A stretch of 64,000 bases of DNA, from assembly GCF_006345805.1 (NCBI RefSeq), contig NC_043018.1, positions 6,448,001-6,512,000 on the forward strand, read 5' to 3'. Each line of letters opens with the position of its first letter. The first letter of the stretch is position 1. Source of the DNA: Octopus sinensis. Its lineage: Eukaryota. The notes under the pieces were generated by a model that saw only the letters and a list, made by a program, of their open reading frames with translations, was not told where the DNA came from and searched no databases. Shown here in pieces: positions 51,236 to 60,929 of the stretch. Both the position numbers and the translations under genes were made by a program.

Positions 51236-52586
51236 AAAGAGTATTCAAACAATCTTTTAATGGAGGGTTATTAGATATCTAATTGAGAATATTTCTTTTA
51301 AAATGGCCATTTACGTTGCTTTAAATGTTCAGTCTTTTAGTTTTAACTGGGACGTACTTCGGCTTTTTGAAATGGTAAGCAAAGACACTTGCGCAAGGTG
51401 CCACACAGTGGGACTGAACCTGATTCTCTTTTACAGTACTTTTTATAGTTTCTTTTGTACACATCTACTTCATAACACTTTGATAAGACAAGCCTTATTG
51501 ATTGATTGATTGATTGATTGGTCAAACAGTATGCCTTTGCAAGTCCAATGTATTTCCATAAGTTTGTCCTCAATGTCCATGCTTCCTCTCTGATGAAACA
51601 TAGCCAGTGTGTGTGTCTCTCTTCATTATTGGCATAATGAACCTCCCAGAATACAACAAAATAGCTTTCAACATGTGAATTCTCATCAATAATTCATTCA
51701 ACTCTATTTATTTACTTATACTACACAAATTACTACACATTAACCCGGAGTTTCTACCTTTGAATAGGTCGCTTCATCCGTGTTACTTGCGTGAATTTTG
51801 CTACCCTGGTAACTGTTTATTGAATTTTCCATGTTAACGGTAAACAAAGGATAATTCATTCATCCATTTATATATATATTTATTTATTTAAAAGAGTAAA
51901 GGACCCCCTTCGATCATGAATAACCATGGGATAGCACCTAGGAAGTTACCCTCCAGGGCACAAGCCCATGCACGGTTGTTTATGGAAGTTCAGCAATCGC
52001 TCATGCATACTAGCTTCTCCTCTCCACACCATTATATGTACATAGGGTAGAGACCCTTGATTATGAATGACTATGGAACTGCACCTAGAAAGTTCTCCTC
52101 CATGATGCAAGACCAGGCAAGGTATCCAAGGGAAAGACAAAGGCTGATGCAGCTTGGCACCAGTTATGTTGCAACACATTTCTACAGCTGAGTGAACTGG
52201 AGCAACGTGAAATAAAGTGTCTTGCTCAAGAACACAACACACAACCCTGTCCAGGAATTGAATTCACTACCTCATGATTTTGAGCCTGACACTCTAACCA
52301 CTGAGCCATGTGCTGTAACCAGCTATACTGGTTTGATGGAAATTTGATTTGGTGGTGAGTTACCTGTTGCTTAGGAAGCACAAATTGTACTGAAATCAAA
52401 TGATGCAACAGTCCCGTTTGCTGGTGATGACAAAGTTTCGTCTACTGATATAATCTCTACTTTTTAGCACTTGATACCTATGCAAGATGACTTCCTAGGA
52501 CAAATACTACAGCTTATGGCATTTAAAACAACACATCCAAGTTGGATGTAAATATTCACTACAAAGGTTGTTTCTATCATTAATAG

Positions 52587-52623
<37 letters not shown>

Positions 52624-52957
52624 AAGGAAATGAAGAAAATGCTGACCAATAATTATATATATATATATATAAATAGATGAATGTATTTTTGCCTTGTTAA
52701 CCATTAACATGGAAAAAATAGTCACCAGGGCAGCAAAAAATCTCACAAGAGGTTGTAACTCCTTGTTTATAAAGGTAGAGACTTTCTTGTTTACGTGGAA
52801 TTTTTTGTATAATATTTTTACTTTTGACACGTTTCAAAAATTCCACATGTATTATTCAAAAGAATAAATGGTATAAACAATGCAATCTTCTCTTCAGGAA
52901 AGTGAAAAAACGAAATTCGTCAATAAGACATTTTAGCATATATGTATGTATATATAT

Positions 52958-53420
52958 TTTGGGTCATCCCATAAATAATGTGGTTTTTCATACTTCTTTT
53001 ATTTTTCAAAATTAAGATAAACAAAGTTCTTTTTTAATTTAAAATCTACTCTCCTTCATTTATATAGTGCCTTTCCATCTATCTGGTAGATTTGAAAGGC
53101 TCCTCTTCCAAAATTTACTTGTCCATGATGAAAAATACTCCTCCAGTGCTGTTCTGATCTTGTCTACAGAATTCATATTTTTTCCATCCAAATAATTTTG
53201 AAGAATGCGCAGTAAATGATAATCAGATGGGGCAATGTCTGGGGAATATGGTGGGTGGGGCATCGTTTCTCATTCAAACTGCTCCAGCCTTTGGAATGTC
53301 ATCTTTGCTGTATGTGGCCGAGCATTATCCTGATGGAAGAACACCTTTTGTCTTGAAACCAAAGATGGTTGTTTTTTTTTCTAGTGCTGACTTAAGCCAT
53401 TCAAGCTGCTCGCAGTAGAT
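52958..53420 (-). mobile_element. Mariner 3' remnant with TIR
   Basis: PHPPYSPDIAPSDYHLLRILQNYLDGK...LPDRW; terminus TTGGGTCATCCCATAAATAATG next to (TA)n. Confidence 0.85.
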
Positions 53421-53930
53421 CTCCTTTGTTATTGTTTGGTTTGGGTTTAAAAGTTCAAAATGGACTAAACTTTTTTCATAACACTTTATGTGGGTGAAAA
53501 CCTTCTTTAATTTGTATCAGCCTTTGCCTTCGATAACTTCACTGGAGCAGAGGGGGGAAGCAGGTATGCATGGGTGACTGCTGGTCTTCCATAAACAACC
53601 TCGCCCATTCTTGTCTTGGAGGGGAACTTTGTAAGTGCAATCCCATGGCCATTTCATGACCAAAGGGGTCTTTACTCTTTTTTATTTTTTATCTATATAG
53701 TAATAACTGATGGTTAAATAAAATCCAGGCAATCTCTTCAAAAGCACTTCATGCTGAAACCTGGCTAGCAAAGTGTAAAAGTTACAACTTTTTGATTAAC
53801 CAAAGAATTATTGGTCAAGTGTTAAAGGAGAACTTTGCCAACCGAAGGCAGGTATATCAAATATGATTGTTATGGTCCTCACAAAGTGGATAACAATAAT
53901 TTGAATTGAAGAAAAGAGCAGTCAAATTAA

Positions 53931-54135
53931 CCCTTTAGTGTTTGCATTATTCTACCAAAATTAATGCTTTTTCATCCACATTGTTTTGAACTAATCAGGC
54001 ATTATCTTGTAGCTATGAGATTTTGATGAGGTAGCTGTTAATTTTTAAAACGATATTGTAGGTTTGGTGTGAGACCAGATCTGGCCAGTTTGAACATAAA
54101 ACAGGCAGAATACTTTTGGCCGGATATGGCCAGTT
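53931..54135. mobile_element. piggyBac-like MITE, one end truncated
   Basis: TTAA|CCCTTTAG start; internal match to the family. Confidence 0.7.
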
Positions 54136-54269
54136 ATGTTACATATGTGTTGGTGAATGAACATCATTTATTTCATATTACATATAAAGGTTAAACAATT
54201 CATTCAGTAAATTTAGAGTTCATTCACTTCATCAGGCATTGTAATTTGATTCACAGTCAAGTTTTATAA

Positions 54270-54724
54270 ATATATTTGATGCCTCAGTCTCCATGTCTCT
54301 ATTTCTGTGTCTCTTTGGCTATCTCTCCCACCCTCTCTCTACCTTCTATCTCTTTCTTCTCTCTACTGTTTCTCTCTCTCTCTCATCCTCTTATCTCTTC
54401 TTTGTCTCTCCTTCATATCTTCCTCTCCTCTGTCTTCAATGCTGTCTGTCTGTCTCTCTCTCTCTCCTCGTCCTTTCCTCTTTCTCTGTCCGTCTATCCG
54501 CTGTCCCTTTCTCGATGCTTCCTCTCCCTTCCCCACCCAGTTCCATTGACCAATTGACCAAACTTTCTATTATCTCTGACAGAGTGGCTAGCCCAGAATG
54601 GATATCTGGACAAGATATGGTATTTGAAAGTCCACATCCTCAGTTAAACACTCGCTCTAGGAAAACACTCAGGTGAGATATGCACAGGCGACGAGGAGGT
54701 GATGTTGTCATATCTCTCTCTCTT

Positions 54725-54782
<58 letters not shown>

Positions 54783-55114
54783 ACTCTGCTTTTCTCTCTC
54801 TTTCACTCTGTTTCTCTCTCTCTTTCACTCTGTTTCTCTCTCTCTCTCTATCACTGTTTCTCTCTCTCTGCCACTCTTTCTCTCTCTCTCTCTATCACTG
54901 TTTTTCTCTCTCTCTCTTTCTCTGTCACTCTGTTTTTTCTCTCTCTCTCTCTCTCTGTCACTCTGCTTTTCTCTCTCTCTTTTCCTGTCACTCTGTTTCT
55001 CTCTCTCTCTCTCTTTCTCTCTATCACTGTTTCTCTCTCTGTCACTCCATTTTTCTCTCTTTTTTCTATTTATTCCATTTCCTTTTACTCTGTCTGTTTG
55101 CCTGCCTGCCTGTT

Positions 55115-55145
<31 letters not shown>

Positions 55146-55200
55146 AGTCTTTATTCTTTCATCTCTACTCCTTTCCTTTTCCTTTCTCCTATTCTTTAAC
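54270..55200 (+). repeat. Polypyrimidine (CT)n tracts with a repeated TCTGTCACTCTG module
   Basis: Direct reading. Confidence 0.9.
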
Positions 55201-56395
55201 TGTTTCTTGCTTTGAAATGAAAACCCCAGTTGATTGTCTCAAATTGTTGATGATGATGACAACAACAGTGGCAATGGCTGCGGCCCCTTCCAGTTTTCAC
55301 CACCATTTCCAGTACTTTGATTTTGGCATTGTTTTTCATTCATCATCATCATCATCATCAGCAGCAGCAATAAAATTTAGTTGGTTCCGTTTTTTTTCCT
55401 TTTTCTTTCCTTGTCAGCCAATTTGACCGAATAAGGATTCCCTTTCGAGATCCTTGTTCTAGTATTAGTTGTTATGGGAATTAGGGGTGGGAATTAGATG
55501 TTGTCATTGCAGTTGTTGTTGTTGTTTGTTACAGCTGTAGTCATTGTTATTACAGTAGTAGTAGTAGTAAAAGTAGTAGTAAATGTAGTGGTAGTTGTAG
55601 CAGTAATAATAGCAGTAGTAGTTGTAGCAGTCATAAAAATAGTTGTAGTAGTAGTAATAGTGTGGAGACGCAATGGCCCAGTGGTTAGGGCAGCGGACTC
55701 GTGGTCGGAGGATCGCAGTTTCAATTCCCAGACCGGACGTTGAGTGTGTTTATTGAGCGAAAACACCTAAAGCTCCACGAGGCTTCGGCAGGGGTTGGTG
55801 GCGACCCCTGTTGTACTTTTTCGACCCAAATTTCTCTCACTCTTTCTTCCTGTTTCTTGAGTAACGCTGCAATGGACTGGCGTCTCGTCCAGCTGGGAGG
55901 AACACATACGCCATAGAAACCGGGCCCATGAGCCTGGCTAGGCTTGAAAAGGGTGCATAAATAAATAAAGTAGTAATAGTAAAAGTGCTAGTAGTAGTAG
56001 TTGTTGTTACAGTTGCTTCTTATTGATTTAATTTCAGTCATATTTGTGTTGTTGCTACTGAAGTAGTTATTGTCATCAAATGTTATCAGAAGTGTGTGTG
56101 TGTGTGTGTGTGTGTGTGTCTCCTTGTCTTGATATTGTGTGGTGGTCATTCATTTCTAATATTCTGTGAGAACATACCAGGCCATGGAAGAAATATTACC
56201 TTGCTTGGAAACAGGTGAGGGTTAGCAACAGGAAGAGCATCCAGCTGTAGAAAGTCTGCCCCAAATAAAACTCAAGCCGACCCATGCAAGCATGGAACCG
56301 TGACATTATCCCTTTAGCTTTCAGATTACTCTTGCCAAACTGTTTTAAATTAATCAGGCATTACTTTGTAACTTAGAGATTCCTATTATGGGATT

Positions 56396-56633
56396 ACTCT
56401 TTTACTTGTTTCAGTCATGTGACTGTGGCCATGCTGGAGCACCATCTTTAGTTGAGCAAATTGAACCCAGGACTTATTCTTTGTAAGCCTAGTACTTATT
56501 CTATCGGTCTCTTTTGCCAAACCGCTAAGTTACGGGGGACACACCAGCATCAGTTGTCAAGCAATGTTGGGGGACAAACACACACAAACATATACACACA
56601 CACACAAACATATACACACACACACACAAACAT

Positions 56634-56671
<38 letters not shown>

Positions 56672-56836
56672 TCGACGGGCTTCTTTCAGTTTCCGTCTAC
56701 CAAATCCACTCACAAGGCTTTGGTCGGCTTGAGGCTATAGTAGAAGACACTTGCCCAAGGTGCCACGCAGTGGGACTGAACCCAGAACCATGTGGTTGGT
56801 AAGCAAGCTACTTACCACACAGCCACTCAGGCACCT
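56396..56836 (-). mobile_element. SINE family A copy directly downstream of the tRNA
   Basis: Full head to AAAAGAGT tail. Confidence 0.9.
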
Positions 56837-56860
56837 AAAAGAAATGTGCCAACCACTGGA

Positions 56861-56933
56861 TGCCGAAACCTGGGATCGAACCAGGGACCTTTAGATCTCC
56901 AGTCTAACGCTCTCCCGACTGAGCTATTTAGGC
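56861..56933 (-). tRNA. tRNA-Phe-derived gene/pseudogene with anticodon GGA (Ser) instead of GAA
   Basis: 73 nt GCCTAAATAGCTCAGTCGGGAGAGCGTTAGACTGGAGATCTAAAGGTCCCTGGTTCGATCCCAGGTTTCGGCA differs from metazoan tRNA-Phe(GAA) as I recall it at about 4 sites. A and B boxes intact, T4:C69 acceptor mismatch, TTTCTTTT 16 nt downstream. Confidence 0.9.
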
Positions 56934-57339
56934 TGGATTGATTACTTTTGGAATGACATTGTGTAGGTGTGAGAGGTAGGATCTGGCTAGTTTGAACATG
57001 AAACAAATAGAATGTTTGGGCTGGATATAGGCGGTTTAAATGCTAAACGGTTAACGCTTTAACGTTCAGATTACCCTGTTAAATGTTAAGCACATTTCTT
57101 CGTATCATATAGCTTTGAGGTTTCAGTGATGTGATTGTTTAGTTTCAGAATGACATTGTAGGATAGGTGTGAGAGGCAGGATCTGGCCAGTTTGAATGTA
57201 AAACAAGTAGAATATTGGGGCCAGATATGGATGGTTTAAGTGCTAAAAGGTTAAAAAGGATGATGTGACTAAAAAAAAAAAATATCTGCGAAAGAAGTTT
57301 GCTTCCCCACAACATAGTTCTGTGTTCAGCCCCCAAAGT

Positions 57340-57735
57340 CCATCCCCTCCTCACCGTGGTGGGGACACTGGCAACGGGTAGTGTCAGAGCTATGCCGTTG
57401 GGAACTTTGGTTCCTGGTAGGGCCACCCGAGGTGGATTGGTCTGACACCGAGTGGTATTAGGGCCACAGCTCGGCAGACGGGGCTCTGGTGAAAATCCTC
57501 GGAGTGTCTGTTTCGGCAACCGGAGGCTCCTTGGTCGTTCTGTCCCTGCATCTGCAGACAATCTGCGGCAAACAGGATGTCTCTACATGCGGGTTTGTTG
57601 GGGACCACTTGTGAAATTCATATTCCCACGAAACTTCTTCCACTGCCATGGTTTGAGATGCCTCGAGGGTGGCAGAAGAAGCCGACTCAACCCGCCCAGG
57701 GTGAATGTCGCCACAAGTACAGGTACAAGTAAGTA
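57340..57735 (+). mobile_element. Non-autonomous internally deleted RTE (5' UTR + ORF2 scrap + 3' end) inserted in a SINE A head
   Basis: CCGTGGTGGGG...GAGCTATGCC...CCTGGTAGGGCCACCC resembles the BovB/Expander 5' UTR. 3' end CTCAACCCGCCCAGGGTGAATG + (CAAGTA)n matches the RTE ends at ~4080 and ~17480. SINE resumes at 57736. Confidence 0.75.
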
Positions 57736-57836
57736 TGGCACATTGGGCGAGTGTGCTCTACTACAGCCTCAGGCTGACCAAAGCCTTGTGAGTGCATTTG
57801 GTAAATAGAAACTGAAATAAGCCTATCATATATATA

Positions 57837-57885
<49 letters not shown>

Positions 57886-57892
<7 letters not shown>

Positions 57893-58740
57893 ATCACTTG
57901 ACCGACCAGACCATCAGATGTTGTTACACATCGCTGGTCACAATGCGTTCGCATGGTTTTAGCCTTCGAATGACGCCACCCCGCTGGTTAAGCGAGCAGG
58001 CCAACAGAAGAAAGAGTGTGAGAAAGTGTGGTGAAAGAGTACAGCTGGGATCACCACCCCCTACCGGAGACTCGTGGAGCTTTTTAGGTGTTTTCGCTCA
58101 ATAAACACTCACAACACCCGGTCTGGGAATCGAAACCGCGATCCTACGACCGCGAGTCCGCTGCCCTAACCACTGGGCCATTGCGTCTCCACACACATAT
58201 ATATATATTCAATCCAGGGCAAGTTGTCTTGCCTGGTCTATGGTTTTCAGCTGTTTTAATGCCCAGCGTTATTAGGGAGTCTCCTTAAATGCTGTCCTGC
58301 AGTGAATTTGCCGAATAAAGAAACCACATACATTACGTATATGCGATTGATAATGTTTTTGCTTCCCAACCACATGGTTACAGGTTCAGTCCCACTGTGT
58401 GGCACCTTGGGCAAGTGTCTTCTACTATAGCCGCGGGCCGACCAAGGCTTTGTGAGTGGATTTGGTACACGGGAACTGAAATAAGCCTGTCGTATATATG
58501 TATATATCTATGTGTGTGTGTGTCTTTGTGGCTGCATTCTCCCTCCCCTCCATACTGGTTGACAACTGGTGTTGGTGTGTTTATGTCCCCATAGCTTAGC
58601 AGTTCAGCAAAAGAAACCAAGAGAATAAGTACTAGGCTTAAGAATTAGTCCTAGGGTCAATTGTTTGACTAAAACCCTTCAAGCCACTGCTCCAGCATGG
58701 CCACAGTGAAATGACTGAACACAAGTAAAAGAATAGATAT

Positions 58741-58775
<35 letters not shown>

Positions 58776-59625
58776 CACGTGATCACTTGACCGACCAGAC
58801 CATCAGATGTTGTTACACATCGCTGGTCACAATGCGTTCGCATGGTTTTAGCCTTCGAATGACGCCACCCCGCTGGTTAAGCGAGCAGGCCAACAGAAGA
58901 AGAGTGTGAGAAAGTGTGGTGAAAGAGTACAGCTGGGATCACCACCCCCTACCGGAGACTCGTGGAGCTTTTTAGGTGTTTTCGCTCAATAAACACTCAC
59001 AACACCCGGTCTGGGAATCGAAACCGCGATCCTACGACCGCGAGTCCGCTGCCCTAACCACTGGGCCATTGCGTCTCCACACACATATATATATATTCAA
59101 TCCAGGGCAAGTTGTCTTGCCTGGTCTATGGTTTTCAGGTGTTTTAATGCCCAGCGTTATTAGGGAGTCTCCTTAAATGCTGTCCTGCAGTGAATTTGCC
59201 GAATAAAGAAACCACATACATTACGTATATGCGATTGATAATGTTTTTGCTTCCCAACCACATGGTTACAGGTTCAGTCCCACTGTGTGGCACCTTGGGC
59301 AAGTGTCTTCTACTATAGCCGCGGGCCGACCAAGGCTTTGTGAGTGGATTTGGTACACGGGAACTGAAATAAGCCTGTCGTATATATGTATATATCTATG
59401 TGTGTGTGTGTCTTTGTGGCTGCATTCTCCCTCCCCTCCATACTGGTTGACAACTGGTGTTGGTGTGTTTATGTCCCCATAGCTTAGCAGTTCAGCAAAA
59501 GAAACCAAGAGAATAAGTACTAGGCTTAAGAATTAGTCCTAGGGTCAATTTGTTTGACTAAAACCCTTCAAGCCACTGCTCCAGCATGGCCACAGTGAAA
59601 TGACTGAACACAAGTAAAAGAATAG

Positions 59626-59630
<5 letters not shown>
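57886..59630. repeat. Direct tandem duplication, 888-889-bp period, near-identical
   Basis: Units start at 57886 and 58775; only about 3 differences seen outside (TA)n; all junctions lie in (TA)n. Confidence 0.95.
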
Positions 59631-59656
<26 letters not shown>

Positions 59657-60929
59657 GGTGTGTGTGTGTGTATTTGTTCCCAACAACTACTTAACAACTG
59701 GTGATGGTTTGTTTACGTCCCCCATAAAAGAGAATGATAGAGTAAATTCCAGGCTTTACAAAAATTAAGTTGTGGGATTGATTTGCTTGACTAAAATTCT
59801 TCCAGGTAGTGCCCCAGCATGGCCGCAGTCTCGTGACTGAAACAAGTAAAAGGTAAAATGTAAACACGAGTCTGTATTCTGCAGATGAGGACTTAATAGG
59901 CTGGAACTTGTCCACAGGTGTCCTTGGCCAGCACACAAATATGATGATGATGATGATAATGATGTTGAATACATAGGTGGTTGTCTGTGTTGTTATTGTT
60001 TGTTTTTAATGTTAATTCCAATCTTTTCCCTTTTTTTTTTTTTTTTACATCCATTTTTCTTATTTTTCTAACTTCTGTAGAGATTTGACTACTAACAAAA
60101 TATTGTTAATCTATTAATTTATTTGGAACGGTGAGCTGGCAGAATCAGCATGAGACAAATGTTTAGTGGTTTTTTTTGTTTTTTTTTTGTCTGATTCATT
60201 ACATTTGGAGTTCCAATTCCACCAATGTTGACTTTTGAATACAGAAGTGATCAAAAAACCTCCAGCTCCTGGATATCAGCAACACACATTGGTCAGTTAT
60301 GACCCAGAGTCAGTTCAATTGGCGCTTTACCAGTCACTGGGCCCCCCCCACTGGAAAAATGTTTAGCCTTCTACTTTTTTTGCTTCTACTTTAAGTTTTG
60401 ATCAGTAATATTCTTTTCCCTGATTTCACTTCATGAAACAGTGGCCATGCTGTGGCAACATCTTGTAAAGTGTAGTCAATTTCATCATCAAGCGTGTAAT
60501 TTGAACTCCTGAATCCAAAATATAAAGAGGTGTAAGCCAATTGTCACACAGTATATGTATCTGATGCTCTACTGATGTACCTATTTCTTTACTACCCACA
60601 AGGGGCTAAACACAGATAGGACAAACAAACGGATTAAGTCGATTATATTGACCCAGTGCGTAACTGGTACTTATTTAATCGACCCCGAAAGGATGAAAGG
60701 CAAAGTCGACCTCGGTGGAATTTGAACTCAGAGCGTAGCGGCAGACAAAATACTGCTAAGCATTTCGCCTGGCGTGCTAACGTTTCTGCCAGCTCGTCCC
60801 CTCTATCTATCAATTGATTCTATCATTCACCTGCTAATTTTTTTATTTCTTTGTTGAGTTGTTTGTTTATTTCCAATACCTGTGTTACATAAAAATTAAC
60901 AATGATATTTTTTCTTTTTCTTCTTGCAG

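Larger units (their letters stand above)
56310..57250. mobile_element. Two tandem piggyBac-like MITEs sharing TTAA at 57051-54; the first is split by a tRNA+SINE insert
   Basis: Halves 56310-56395 and 56935-57050 rejoin to the family sequence seen at about 57120-57250 and 7650-7785. Confidence 0.7.
20531..60929 (+). other. Predicted ~40.4-kb repeat-filled intron of the host gene
   Basis: GT..AG ends with compatible phase; no convincing symmetric exon found in between by eye. Intermediate exons cannot be excluded. Confidence 0.5.

Noticed and set aside
51585-51605. CTGATGAAAC as a hammerhead
   Set aside because: No stem II between the core halves and no stem I pairing.
637-59508. Recurrent short ORFs such as [37 protein letters not shown]
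   Set aside because: They are chance reading frames through SINE family A copies, not a gene family.
60245-60291. AG/GT-bounded segment encoding EVIKKPPAPGYQQHTL
   Set aside because: 47 nt long, and the phases are incompatible with the phase-2 exons on either side; the acceptor lacks a good pyrimidine tract.
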